A stretch of DNA of 64,000 nucleotides from an uncultured Gammaproteobacteria bacterium. Its GTDB lineage: Bacteria > Patescibacteriota > Patescibacteriia > UBA9934 > CAZDDW01. The notes under the pieces were generated by a model, which had not been told where the DNA came from, made no database searches, and worked only from the letters and a program-made list of their open reading frames with translations. Positions 10,080 through 20,104 of this stretch are shown piece by piece. Position numbers and translations under genes: made by a program. The stretch spans positions 921,908 through 985,907 of the forward strand of contig OZ246408.1 of NCBI GenBank assembly GCA_965231015.1. The letters run 5' to 3'. Every line of letters begins with the position of its first letter. The first letter of the stretch is position 1.

Positions 10080-11843
10080 ATGGGTAATGAATTGCCATCA
10101 ATCAGCGATCTACTTAAGAACACGGGAGCCAGTGATCCAACCACTGGCAATGTTCCTGATGAAGAAGAAGCTCCCAAGCCGGCCGCGGATATGGGGACCG
10201 AGGAAAAATTCTCTGAAAAAATGCATGATATCCGTTTGGCTGAAAAGGAGCGAGAAACTAAAAAAGCGGCTGACACAGCCGGTCTTCCCTATGTTAACCT
10301 AAAGGGCTTTGCTATCAGTCCGGAAGCTTTACAGTTGCTGCCTCGCGAGCAATCTGAACAGCATCAGGCTGTTGTTTTTTTACATCTGGGTGAAGAGATT
10401 CGTTTGGGTGCTGTTGATCCAGGCTCGGAGGGGGTCAAAGATTTGGCCTTTCAGTTGGGAGAACGGAATCATGCCAATACAGCCATCTACCAAATTTCCG
10501 AGGAAAGCTATCGACTGGCCAACAAACTATACGATGCTCTTCCTAAGATAAAAAAAATAGTAAAGGGCGTACAAATTACTCCGGAAGAGTTAAAACGCTA
10601 CCGAGCCGAGATCAATAATTTCCAGGACGTGCAAAAGTTGATCACAGAAACTTCAGTCACCGACATTATGTCCGTTTTGACCGCGGCCGCATTGGAACTT
10701 GGCACCTCTGATATTCACATTGAAGCTGAAGAAAAAGGAATCATGGTGCGTTTCAGGATCGATGGTGAGTTGCAAGAGATAACTGAATTACCTAAAGACC
10801 TTTGGAAAAAATTTGTAGCCCGCATCAAACTCCTGAGCGGTTTAAAAATCAACATCACAGACAAACCACAGGATGGACGCATGACAATTTTCTTGGAAGA
10901 AGGAAAAACCGAGGTACGTGTTTCAACCCTGCCAACTACTTGGGGTGAATCCGTTGTAATGCGTATCTTAAATCCAGCTGCCACAAAAGTCGGCTTCAAT
11001 GATCTTGGTTTCCGACCTTTGGCCTATGAACGCTTGGAACGTGAAGTAGAAAAACCACATGGCATGGTCATAACTACGGGTCCAACTGGATCTGGTAAAA
11101 CCACCACGCTTTATTCGATTTTACGAAAACTAAACAAACCGGGCGTGAAGATTATCACCTTGGAAGATCCGGTTGAATATAAACTGCAAGGAATTAATCA
11201 ATCACAAATCGATCACACCAAGCATTATTCTTTTGCTGACGGATTACGCTCCATTCTTCGTCAGGATCCAGACATTGTGATGGTGGGTGAAATTCGAGAT
11301 TTAGAAACCGGTGAAACCGCTATTAATGCCGCACTGACCGGTCATTTGATGCTCTCCACGATTCACACCAATGATGCTGCCGGAGCTATTCCCCGTTTTA
11401 TTTCCATGGGAGTAAAACCGTTTTTACTTGCCCCGGCGTTAAATGCCATTATTGGTCAACGGCTGGTTAGAAAACTGTGCCCTAACTGTAAAAAACAAGC
11501 GGAATTAGATGAAGACACCAAAGAACGAGTACACAAAATTCTTTCTGAAATTCCAGAAAAGTCACAAGAAAAAATCCCTGAACTTGATAACGTTAAAATT
11601 TTCCAAGCCGCTGGTTGCGAGCAGTGCAATAACACCGGCTATAAGGGTCGGGTTGGAATTTTCGAAGTATTAGTAATGGATGATGAGCTCGAACAAGCCA
11701 CTCGAGAAGGTTCGGTGTCTGAATACCAAATGCGCGAAATTGCAAAAAATCAGGGCATGGTTACCATGGTTCAAGATGGAGTTCTGAAAGCCTTGGATGG
11801 CGTAACAAGCATTGAAGAAGTGTTCCGCGTGGCTGCTGAATAA
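10080..11843 (+). CDS. pilB: Type IV pilus assembly ATPase (PilB/GspE family)
   Basis: SDIHIE, PQDGR, GPTGSGKTTTLY, LRQDPD, TGHLMLSTIHTN, tetracysteine motif. Confidence 0.92.
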   Translation: MGNELPSISDLLKNTGASDPTTGNVPDEEEAPKPAADMGTEEKFSEKMHDIRLAEKERETKKAADTAGLPYVNLKGFAISPEALQLLPREQSEQHQAVVFLHLGEEIRLGAVDPGSEGVKDLAFQLGERNHANTAIYQISEESYRLANKLYDALPKIKKIVKGVQITPEELKRYRAEINNFQDVQKLITETSVTDIMSVLTAAALELGTSDIHIEAEEKGIMVRFRIDGELQEITELPKDLWKKFVARIKLLSGLKINITDKPQDGRMTIFLEEGKTEVRVSTLPTTWGESVVMRILNPAATKVGFNDLGFRPLAYERLEREVEKPHGMVITTGPTGSGKTTTLYSILRKLNKPGVKIITLEDPVEYKLQGINQSQIDHTKHYSFADGLRSILRQDPDIVMVGEIRDLETGETAINAALTGHLMLSTIHTNDAAGAIPRFISMGVKPFLLAPALNAIIGQRLVRKLCPNCKKQAELDEDTKERVHKILSEIPEKSQEKIPELDNVKIFQAAGCEQCNNTGYKGRVGIFEVLVMDDELEQATREGSVSEYQMREIAKNQGMVTMVQDGVLKALDGVTSIEEVFRVAAE

Positions 11844-11887
11844 AACTAGAGATCTTAATTTTTTAAAATCAGACTTAAAACCGGAGT

Positions 11888-12397
11888 TTATTCCCCGGTT
11901 TTTTTGTACCTGTATGAGTGTTCACCCGGTGGACCGAACGGATGATCAATTATGTAATCCTGGTCTGTTTTAATAGTGATTTTTCTTCTGTCTCCATCTA
12001 CGTGGTCAATCCGAATCCGATGCGTCACCTTACAACCCGGCAGATCAAACTTAAGATTTTGCGGCCACTCAATCGCAAACACTGTTTCTTTATCACAAGA
12101 AACATCAAGTCCAAGCTCGCTCGTTGTTTCATCTTCGAGTCGATAAGCATCAACGTGGATCAATTTTTTAACTTCTTTTGTGTTGGCCTGATGTTCGTTA
12201 ACAAGCGTATAACTCGGGCTCTTGATTGATCCGCGAACCCCAAGGGTAATTCCCAACCCCTGGACAAAAGACGTTTTACCCGCACCAAGTTCTCCCACCA
12301 GCAATAAAGCTTCTCCACCATGAAAGCTTTTTGCGAGTTGTTCAGCTAATAATTTTGTCTCTTCAACGTTTTCGGTTTGGTACTGTTTTTGTTTCAT
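11888..12397 (-). CDS. tsaE: tRNA t6A biosynthesis ATPase TsaE
   Basis: GELGAGKT, SPSYTL, HVDAYRL, IEW. Confidence 0.95.
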   Translation of the reverse strand: MKQKQYQTENVEETKLLAEQLAKSFHGGEALLLVGELGAGKTSFVQGLGITLGVRGSIKSPSYTLVNEHQANTKEVKKLIHVDAYRLEDETTSELGLDVSCDKETVFAIEWPQNLKFDLPGCKVTHRIRIDHVDGDRRKITIKTDQDYIIDHPFGPPGEHSYRYKKTGE

Positions 12398-13395
12398 AAA
12401 TTCAGATTAGCATTAATTGTTAGGATCAGGGGGTCAGAATAATCTTGACGTGAAGCTTGCCAATATCCGGCCACGGCTATCATGGCCGCATTGTCTCCTG
12501 TGTATTGTAATGGAGCTAAGAGTAGTGAAAGACCAAACTCTTCCGCAGTCATTTGTTGCATTCGTTCGCGCAGATATTTGTTGGCCGAGACACCACCCAC
12601 AAGCAGAACTAACTTTGGATTATACTTATCAATAGCTTTTTTCGTTTTGGTTACGAGTACCTCAACTACCGCCTCTTCAAATGATGCGCAAAGATCTATT
12701 TTGTCAGTTTCAGGATTATCTTTCAGGTGATACAACACTGCGGTTTTCAGTCCAGAAAAACTAAAATCAAAGCCAGGACTGTCGAGCATGGGTCGAGGCA
12801 ATGAAATAGCGGACCGATCGCCCTGAGTGGCGAGACGACTCACTTCTGGCCCGCCCGGGTATGGCAACCCAATAAGTTTTGCCACCTTATCAAAAGCCTC
12901 CCCAGCCGCATCGTCCCGGGTTTCACCAATGAGCTCATACTCCCCCTGACCTTTAACAATAACCAACTCGGTGTGTCCCCCTGAGACAACAAGAACAAGA
13001 GCGGGAAACTGCAGACGAGCTCGATTGTCGAGCAGCACCGAGCAAATATGTCCTTCCAAATGGTTTACACCCACTAACGGCTTATTCCAAAACGTAGACA
13101 ATGTTTTAGCCGCTTCCACACCCACTCGAAGAGCAGGAGCGAGCCCTGGGCCACGAGTCACCGCAATTAAATCTATTTCCTTACCCGTTCGATCAACTCC
13201 CGTAGCATCAAACAAACCAAATAGCACGTCAACATGCTTACGAGCAGCAACTTCCGGTACTACCCCACCATACTTGGCATGATCTTTGATTTGTGAAGCT
13301 ACAAGTTCTGATTCAATAACAAAATTTTCTCCGTTGGCTTCTAACAACGCCACCGCAGTTTCATCACAACTAGTTTCAATTCCCAGAATTTTCAT
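12394..13395 (-). CDS. tsaD: tRNA N6-threonylcarbamoyltransferase TsaD
   Basis: ILGIETSCDET, GGVVPEVAARKH, HLEGH, SGGHT, DDAAGEAFDK, DNAAMIA. Confidence 0.97.
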   Translation of the reverse strand: MKILGIETSCDETAVALLEANGENFVIESELVASQIKDHAKYGGVVPEVAARKHVDVLFGLFDATGVDRTGKEIDLIAVTRGPGLAPALRVGVEAAKTLSTFWNKPLVGVNHLEGHICSVLLDNRARLQFPALVLVVSGGHTELVIVKGQGEYELIGETRDDAAGEAFDKVAKLIGLPYPGGPEVSRLATQGDRSAISLPRPMLDSPGFDFSFSGLKTAVLYHLKDNPETDKIDLCASFEEAVVEVLVTKTKKAIDKYNPKLVLLVGGVSANKYLRERMQQMTAEEFGLSLLLAPLQYTGDNAAMIAVAGYWQASRQDYSDPLILTINANLNL

Positions 13396-13550
13396 AATGA
13401 CATCATGGTACCCAATATATATGTTTTTGAATAGGTTCTGCCACTTCGAACACGATGGAGGTCCAAAGAAAACCGAGTGAATACTAAAAACAACAGGCGA
13501 CCCCGAGTAGGAATCGCCTGCGTGAAGAAAAAGAGAAAGGACACACCTGT

Positions 13551-14057
13551 TCACCGAACGTAACGACGGCGACGGGCATCCTTGAAGAAATCTGCCGACC
13601 GCAATCGCTCGCGGTGCAAGGGCAAGTCAAACGACTGCAGCAGCTCCCGAATGTCCGGGAATTCGTCACAGCCGCCGTGGCGCCACATGCACACGATCTT
13701 ACGGACATCCGGATGGACAGCTGAAAGCTTGTTGCCAAGCGAACGCAAGAACAGATTTCGCTCCGTGTCCTCGAACTCGAGCAATAGCTGAAGACCGACA
13801 CGCATCGCTTCCAGGATCTCGGTGTCGCTCATGGCGGAAAGCTCGGCCACGCGCCTGCGCAACGCGGCACGGTCTTCGTTGCTTACCCGGATCGGGCTGA
13901 AGTCCTCGATCCAAGAACGGTCTCCGAAGACACCCTTCTTGGAAAAATCGATTTCCGAGGCCTCTGTCACAGCCCCGTCTTCGGTGGCCACCATCTCGGG
14001 CAGCTCATCACCACGGGAAGTATCGACCCCCGTGCTATCCGTCTTCATGTGCCGCAT
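13551..14057 (-). CDS. GC-rich orphan protein
   Basis: ORF with AAAGGA SD before ATG 14057, TTGACA promoter upstream, hairpin downstream. Confidence 0.6.
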   Translation of the reverse strand: MRHMKTDSTGVDTSRGDELPEMVATEDGAVTEASEIDFSKKGVFGDRSWIEDFSPIRVSNEDRAALRRRVAELSAMSDTEILEAMRVGLQLLLEFEDTERNLFLRSLGNKLSAVHPDVRKIVCMWRHGGCDEFPDIRELLQSFDLPLHRERLRSADFFKDARRRRYVR

Positions 14058-14179
14058 GATCGGGTTCCTTTCTATCCTCCCGACCCCCTCTCGGGGGCCA
14101 GGTATGACAATGTATATAACCATAGATAAGCTTAGCTGTCAAGTCTATGGCTTATCAAACAAAAGGATGCTAATCACAC

Positions 14180-14208
14180 TTGACGAAAGATAAAATAATT
14201 GCTAATAT
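14180..14208 (+). promoter_or_regulatory. Promoter of tRNA-Glu
   Basis: TTGACG-17 nt-TAATAT. Confidence 0.6.
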
Positions 14209-14232
14209 TGGCCGCACAAACATAAATCCCTG

Positions 14233-14307
14233 GGCCCCATCGTCTAGTGGTTAGGACGCCAGGTTTTCATCCTGGTAACGGGGGTTCGATTCCCCCTGGG
14301 GTCACCA
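14233..14307 (+). tRNA. tRNA-Glu(TTC)
   Basis: Cloverleaf, GGTTCGATTCC T-loop, anticodon TTC, encoded CCA. Confidence 0.95.
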
Positions 14308-14365
14308 TAAAACCGGCAGGACTTGATCCTGACGGTTTTATGATTCTCAGGGCGGATGAGAACGT

Positions 14366-14611
14366 TTATCGTTTCTTTATATGCCTTTTACTTTCCTTAA
14401 AACACGAGTTAAAAATTTCTCGCAGATGCCCCTCTGATAAAAGGCTTGTTTGTTTTATTGCTCGACTAATTATTTCACTCTCTCTTTGACCATCTACAAC
14501 TGATTGTTTATGTGGCAAAGCCTTAAGAACAAGTTTGATTCTCGTCTCAAGCAGTTCGACTAATTGATCGTCGACTTTGTCGATTTGTTTTCTGATCGTT
14601 TTTAAATCCAT
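14366..14611 (-). CDS. Stand-alone chorismate mutase (AroQ/CM_2)
   Basis: LKTIRKQIDKVDDQLVELLETR...RE...IF...SK pattern. Confidence 0.8.
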   Translation of the reverse strand: MDLKTIRKQIDKVDDQLVELLETRIKLVLKALPHKQSVVDGQRESEIISRAIKQTSLLSEGHLREIFNSCFKESKRHIKKR

Positions 14612-14807
14612 AGATATCACAACCTAACATATTCAATTATTTTTTTAAAGACACGCGGTCCGTTCGGAGATTGAACGGACCGCTCAGGTAAAGATTCTCA
14701 TAGCTGGCCTCTCCTTTCCAAGAAAAGTTCAACCTAATACAATCGACCAGCCTTGTCAATCCGAAACAAAAAGATAGGACCTCAACCCTATCTTATTCCG
14801 ATTCGTA

Positions 14808-15347
14808 TCAACAAGCATCTTGCTCCGGATTATACACGTTCGGACAATTATCGCTTTCGTCCGTCACTCCATCAGCATCGGTATCCAAATTTCCCTCTCC
14901 GTATGGAGTCGTATCACACTCGTTTCCAAACCCATCACCGTCGGAATCAACCTGGGTCGGGTTATGACGACCCATACAATTATCAAGGCCATCGGCTATT
15001 CCATCTTTGTCTTGATCGACTATTTGAGGTTCATCAAATCCCCCTCCGTCTCCCCCTTGGGAAGGTGGAGGGTTCACTGGCTTAGTGTAACTTACAGGCA
15101 CGACATAGCTTGAGGTTGACTCTGACTCTTCGACGGGCTCTTCCGACGGCTCTTCAGAATACGTTATGAGTTCAGCCTCAGCCAAGGAATCTAAATCCAT
15201 CTCAATCGGTTCGTCTGACACAGCATAAAAACCACCTGACTCAGCCTCGGTTTCCAGTTGCCGTATCTCCTGCAAATTGTAACCAATGATTCCTCCGGCT
15301 ACAAGCAATAGTATTCCCCCTAAAGCAATAAAATAGCGATCATGCAT
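14808..15347 (-). CDS. Membrane-anchored protein with thrombospondin type-3 (Ca-binding) repeats
   Basis: DQDKDGIADGLDNC, DSDGDGFGNECD, DTDADGVTDESDNCPNVYNPEQ. Confidence 0.85.
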   Translation of the reverse strand: MHDRYFIALGGILLLVAGGIIGYNLQEIRQLETEAESGGFYAVSDEPIEMDLDSLAEAELITYSEEPSEEPVEESESTSSYVVPVSYTKPVNPPPSQGGDGGGFDEPQIVDQDKDGIADGLDNCMGRHNPTQVDSDGDGFGNECDTTPYGEGNLDTDADGVTDESDNCPNVYNPEQDAC

Positions 15348-15436
15348 AAATTTGTTTTATTATCCCTTCTTTGTCTTACCAGATATTGTGCTATAATTCA
15401 AACATACTTCATCCACAAGTATTTAAATGGCTCAAC

Positions 15437-15826
15437 ATGGAAGAAAAAGCAACCCAAGAGGAATCCTGGTTCACAGATGAGTGGACCGATACCAACGAGG
15501 GCCAGCTGGCGGTTGATGTTTTAGAAACGAACGACAAAATAATTATTCGTTCCGCTATTGCCGGGGTTAAACAAGAGGACTTAGACATTTTTGTGACCAC
15601 TGACACAGTCACAATTCGTGGTAAACGCGAAGAATGTAATGAAACCAAGCAGGCCACTGTGCATATTGAGGAGTGCCACTTTGGTAGTTTTTCTCGTTCA
15701 GTGGTTTTACCGGCACATGTCAGAGCTGATGCGGCCGAGGCGGTTCTAAAAAATGGGATCCTGACTTTAACCTTGCCAAAAACTGAACTCTCGTCTAATG
15801 TACCCGTGATTAAAATTGATGATTGA
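15437..15826 (+). CDS. Small heat-shock protein Hsp20
   Basis: VDVLET, AGVKQEDLDI, FGSFSRSVVLP, NGILTLTLPK. Confidence 0.92.
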   Translation: MEEKATQEESWFTDEWTDTNEGQLAVDVLETNDKIIIRSAIAGVKQEDLDIFVTTDTVTIRGKREECNETKQATVHIEECHFGSFSRSVVLPAHVRADAAEAVLKNGILTLTLPKTELSSNVPVIKIDD

Positions 15827-15827
15827 T

Positions 15828-16052
15828 ATGACCCTTCCCTATACTATTCCCGCCACGATAAAAGATTTTACCAATGGTAGTGTTATTGTAGTCACTGATG
15901 ACGGACAGCAACTAACTGTGCCAAAAAATATGATCAGCCAAAACGCCACCGTGGGTGGAACCGTTCATGTGGCTGTTTTTTCCGAACAAGACGTAGCCGC
16001 GGAACGGGAACGCTTTGCTGAAAACATATTGAGCGAACTGCTTGGAGAATAA
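15828..16052 (+). CDS. Small hypothetical protein (DUF3006-like)
   Basis: Beta-rich N-terminus plus C-terminal helix; sits between hsp20 and the VanW-family gene. Confidence 0.65.
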   Translation: MTLPYTIPATIKDFTNGSVIVVTDDGQQLTVPKNMISQNATVGGTVHVAVFSEQDVAAERERFAENILSELLGE

Positions 16053-16054
16053 TT

Positions 16055-17959
16055 ATGGACTTAACAAAAATCACTCTTCCTCCAATTGTTAAGATAGTCA
16101 TCCTTGCCGGACTGGCTATTCTTTTAATTGGTTTTGGCACACTTTATGTCCTGACCGGAACATATACTGGGAAAATCGGGCCAGGAGTTAAAATTGGTCC
16201 GTTTGTCGTTGGTGGTATGGATGAAGAACAGGCTCGAACCTCACTCTACAAAGAAGTCGACCTTATTTTAAGTCAGGGTTTAAGTGTTAATCATGAAGGA
16301 AAAACAGCTAACATTTCTTTGGAGCCATTCGCAGTCAGTGCAGATGTTTACCAAGAGTACGTTGATTTTTATATCGAAACCGCTGTTCAATCAGCCTATG
16401 AGCGCTCGCATCATGAAAACGCTTTCTTAGACATGATTCGCCTGGCAGGAACAGCCATTACCCGACCGACCATAAATATCCCGCTTGAACTACAAACAGA
16501 TGAATTGCTCTTGGCTATTGAAAACGAATTTCCTAGTCTAGCTGAATCACCAATCAATGCCGGATTTGATATCACTCCTTCCGGAAATGATTGGACAATA
16601 AAAATTACAGGATCAAAACCCGGCACTATTTTAGAACAAAACAATTTATTCGCCTCTGTGCGCAGCCAATTATCAAATTTTGTAATCTCAACCATTCAAC
16701 TTAACGCTATTTACACTGACCCGGCTATTAGCGAAGAAATAGCAGTCAAGTACACTGACCCAGCATATGACATCTTAATAAACGCACCGTATACACTTAC
16801 TTATGAAGAAGATGAATTTGAACTCCCAGCCGAAACTATTGCCAACGCCCTGACTCTCACAATAAATGACGGTGAAATAGAGATAGTTTTAGACGAACCA
16901 GAAACACAAATCTTTTTCGATGCTATAGCTCAGGAAATCGAGGTTGAAGCTGAAGACGCTCGCTTTAATATGGAGGACGGTAAGGTGACTGAGTTTGTGG
17001 GCAGCCAACAGGGAATCGCTATTGACCGAACGGCTACCATTGAAGCTGTGGCGGAAATGTGGGAGGAAGAAGAGACTAAAGCTGAAATCGTTGTTGAAAT
17101 TACCGAGCCACGAGTGACTACTGAGGAAGTCAATAATCTTGGTATCAATGAAATACTGGGTGTGGGAACCAGTGATTTCTCCGGCAGTCCCTGGAACCGA
17201 ATTCAAAACATTAAACATGGGGCCTCCAAATTAAACGGCGTTCTGATTGCTCCGGATGAAGAAGTTTCCTTGCTTGAGCTTCTCCGTCCGTTCACAATCG
17301 CCGATGGATACAAATCAGAACTCGTGATCGTGGGTGATGAAATCAAACCAGAAGTTGGCGGAGGTCTTTGCCAAATCGGTACCACCACCTTCCGAGCTGT
17401 TTTAAACGCTGGACTTGAAGTCTTGGAACGCCGCAACCACTCGCTCGTGGTTAGTTATTATGACGATGCCACCAATGGAAACCCTGGAACAGACGCTACA
17501 ATCTATGACCCTTCCCCGGATTTCCGCTTTAAAAATGATACCGACAACTATATTTTACTAACTACCGAGGTCAACGAAGATAATTACGAGCTTGAGTTTA
17601 CTTTTTGGGGCACAAGTGATGGACGAAGCGGCTGGTATGACCCACCAATTGTGACGAGTTGGTCTAATCCGGGTGAAACCAAGTATGTTGAGACAACGGA
17701 TTTGGCTCCAGGGGAAGAAAGTTGTCAAGGAGCTCACTGGGGAGCTAATGCCGGATTCACATCTTATATTGAATGGTCGGACGGAACAATTGATGAAACC
17801 GTTTACAGTTCACACTATCGAGCCCTACCACGGACCTGTTTGGTCGGGGTTGATCCAGACGCGATTGAAGAAACTTGTGAGGACGAAGAAGAGTGTGAAG
17901 AAGTTGAAGAGGTTGAAACCGAAACCGACCCTGAGTTATCCACTGGCATAGAAGAATAA
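16055..17959 (+). CDS. VanW-family protein with peptidoglycan-binding-type N-terminal region
   Basis: NRIQNI, GGGLCQIGTT, ERRNHS, GTDATIY, DFRFKND; N-terminal TM. Confidence 0.9.
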   Translation: MDLTKITLPPIVKIVILAGLAILLIGFGTLYVLTGTYTGKIGPGVKIGPFVVGGMDEEQARTSLYKEVDLILSQGLSVNHEGKTANISLEPFAVSADVYQEYVDFYIETAVQSAYERSHHENAFLDMIRLAGTAITRPTINIPLELQTDELLLAIENEFPSLAESPINAGFDITPSGNDWTIKITGSKPGTILEQNNLFASVRSQLSNFVISTIQLNAIYTDPAISEEIAVKYTDPAYDILINAPYTLTYEEDEFELPAETIANALTLTINDGEIEIVLDEPETQIFFDAIAQEIEVEAEDARFNMEDGKVTEFVGSQQGIAIDRTATIEAVAEMWEEEETKAEIVVEITEPRVTTEEVNNLGINEILGVGTSDFSGSPWNRIQNIKHGASKLNGVLIAPDEEVSLLELLRPFTIADGYKSELVIVGDEIKPEVGGGLCQIGTTTFRAVLNAGLEVLERRNHSLVVSYYDDATNGNPGTDATIYDPSPDFRFKNDTDNYILLTTEVNEDNYELEFTFWGTSDGRSGWYDPPIVTSWSNPGETKYVETTDLAPGEESCQGAHWGANAGFTSYIEWSDGTIDETVYSSHYRALPRTCLVGVDPDAIEETCEDEEECEEVEEVETETDPELSTGIEE

Positions 17960-17989
17960 GTTCAAGTAAGATCAAGTCAGACAAAAATA

Positions 17990-18180
17990 AAATAAAAACA
18001 GCCCGTCATAGACGGTAAGCTGCAGGCAAGAAGTTTCAACAATGGAGAGATCGAGTCCGAAGACCTGATACTTCCACTTATGAAACCCCATGCTTGTCGT
18101 GCCTGCAGGTTACTATCTACGATTGGGCTTTTTATTTTCTCTTGCGCGAGAAATTTAGTCAACCCTTTTTAATGATTGAC
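17990..18180 (-). ncRNA. Candidate rod-shaped ncRNA A (6S-like?)
   Basis: Imperfect hairpin 18000-18129 with C(UUCG)G apex on the minus strand, upstream TTGACA-17-TAAACT, ends in U-tract. Confidence 0.5.
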
Positions 18181-18328
18181 AAGTCAGTTTAACACTAAGC
18201 TTGATTCTTGTCAAGGCTTAGCCTAAAAATCGTGCCGATCCCAGTTAACAAAAACGGTCGCGAGCACGATTTTTGTCTTATTTTAGCTGACTTGTTTGTT
18301 AAAAATCTATAACAAACCCGATTTAGCC

Positions 18329-18943
18329 TTATTTTGACTCGATTACCTTATCAATTAGACCATATTTCAGGGCATCTTCAGGGTCCATGAAATTATCTCG
18401 ATCAGCATCCTTTTCCACCTTCTTTTTATCCTGTCCGGTATGCTTGGCCAGAATCTCATTCAAGCGATCCTTAATCTTAAGAATACGTTCAGCATGAATC
18501 TTAATGTCCGTGGCCTGACCCTCTACCCCACCAAGCACCTGGTGAATCATGATTTCCGAGTTAGGCAAAGCAAGCCTTTTTTTATCCGCCCCACCAGCGA
18601 GCAAGACTGCTCCCATAGAAGCTGCAAGTCCAACACAAATTGTAGAAACGTGCGGTTTTACGTACTGCATGGCGTCGTAAATGGCAAGTCCTGCTGAAAC
18701 CGATCCGCCCGGCGAATTAATATAGAGCTTAATATCCTTGGTTTTGTCCTGGCTTTCCAAAAAAAGCAGCTGAGCAATCACGGTGTTGGCCACCATGTCA
18801 TCAATCGCTGTACCAAGAAAAATAATACGGTCCTTTAAAAGTCGAGAGTAAATATCATACGCTCGTTCACCCATGTGGGTTTTTTCAATCACAGTTGGAA
18901 CCAAAACCTGTGATCGAATTTCGTAGTCATTTTTATTGTTCAT
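18329..18943 (-). CDS. clpP: ATP-dependent Clp protease proteolytic subunit
   Basis: [35 protein letters not shown]. Confidence 0.98.
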   Translation of the reverse strand: MNNKNDYEIRSQVLVPTVIEKTHMGERAYDIYSRLLKDRIIFLGTAIDDMVANTVIAQLLFLESQDKTKDIKLYINSPGGSVSAGLAIYDAMQYVKPHVSTICVGLAASMGAVLLAGGADKKRLALPNSEIMIHQVLGGVEGQATDIKIHAERILKIKDRLNEILAKHTGQDKKKVEKDADRDNFMDPEDALKYGLIDKVIESK

Positions 18944-18958
18944 AGTAAAGTTAGGTTA

Positions 18959-19918
18959 TCACATTTTAGCTAACGTAGCCAAGCCATTCTTCTCTTCAAT
19001 CTTAAAGCCTGGAAGTGAGAATCCGGCCGCCTTGTCATGCCCACCGCCACCCAACATCTTGGCAATCTCCCCAACGTTTCCTTTTAAAGTACGCATACTG
19101 GCTTTAACTCCACCTTTTTCTTCCCTTAAAAAGATAATCGTATCGGCTTCAATCACTCCGTGCAAAAAGTTGGCAAAACCATCCATACTTTTGACGTCAA
19201 TTCCATACTCAATCATATCCTGTTCACGAATCCATGTTACAACAACGTCAAGCTTAGGGTGTTTATGCAGCCGCTCAAGGGCCAGACCCCAAACACGCAG
19301 AATGGCAAGTGTCCGATTAAACTGAAGCTTCTGCACCACAGTTTTAATATCCGCACCAAGTAAATAAAGTTCTGCTGCTAAATACATTGAGTGATCTCGA
19401 GTTGCTTTGTTTGAAAGAACCGTAGTGTCAAAATACAGCCCGGCCAGCAGTGCCGTAGCCATGGCGTGGTCAATAAAAATTTTGTTCTCAATAAAAAATC
19501 GATACATAATCTCGGTCGTTGAGGTGGCATGTGTGACTACTTGATCAATGTCCCCAAAGTTTGAGTTCGTATCATGGTGGTCAATATTAATTAGTTTGGT
19601 GGGCTTGGAAAGAGCTCGAACCAAAGATCCAACATATTGCTCATCCGAACAATCAAGCGAGATTACAAGATCAATTGATCGGTCCTGGGCCCAATTATGG
19701 TCTTCTCGACAAACTTCCACGTGCTCTAAAAATTGATATTTTTCCGGAACCGGTTCACCAACATAAATCGTGACCTGTTTTCCAAGAGTCAAGAAATAGC
19801 GGTATAGAGCCAAGGCTGAACCTAAACTATCGCCATCGATCCGCTCATCCGGAAGCAACAACACGTGATGTGCCGATTGAATCTCTTGATTGATTTGTTT
19901 ATGCTTTAATGTTTCCAT
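18959..19918 (-). CDS. nrnA: DHH/DHHA1 oligoribonuclease/pAp phosphatase (NrnA family)
   Basis: DGDSLGS, LDCS, IDHH, DT, GGGGHDKAAG. Confidence 0.88.
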   Translation of the reverse strand: METLKHKQINQEIQSAHHVLLLPDERIDGDSLGSALALYRYFLTLGKQVTIYVGEPVPEKYQFLEHVEVCREDHNWAQDRSIDLVISLDCSDEQYVGSLVRALSKPTKLINIDHHDTNSNFGDIDQVVTHATSTTEIMYRFFIENKIFIDHAMATALLAGLYFDTTVLSNKATRDHSMYLAAELYLLGADIKTVVQKLQFNRTLAILRVWGLALERLHKHPKLDVVVTWIREQDMIEYGIDVKSMDGFANFLHGVIEADTIIFLREEKGGVKASMRTLKGNVGEIAKMLGGGGHDKAAGFSLPGFKIEEKNGLATLAKM

Positions 19919-20104
19919 AGGAAGAAACGATCTTACCGCAGAGTCGAACCCGGGTCAAGAGTTTAGTGGCCAAATCCTTCCGATCGGACCTCTTTGTTTA
20001 CAAATGCAAACTTAAACCGGTTTTAAAAATGGTGCGATCGCCCACTTTTTGAAACTGTTTATTCCTTTTTTTCTTTCTCTTTTTCCTGTATAATTAAGCC
20101 TGTT

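Noticed and set aside
13396-13554. N-terminal extensions of ORF-track calls (tsaD, also the recombinase, ANT and NUDIX)
   Set aside because: Family homology begins at downstream ATGs; the extensions cover promoter or IR sequence.
13660-13685. GGCDEF in the 13551-14057 orphan as a GGDEF motif
   Set aside because: No surrounding cyclase fold pattern; likely chance.
17977-18162. 61-aa ORF over ncRNA candidate A as a type I toxin
   Set aside because: TTG start without SD, no clear TM helix, and it lies entirely within the hairpin region.
20013-20061. Imperfect hairpin between nrnA and smc
   Set aside because: Single short AT-rich stem with no second copy or clear function.
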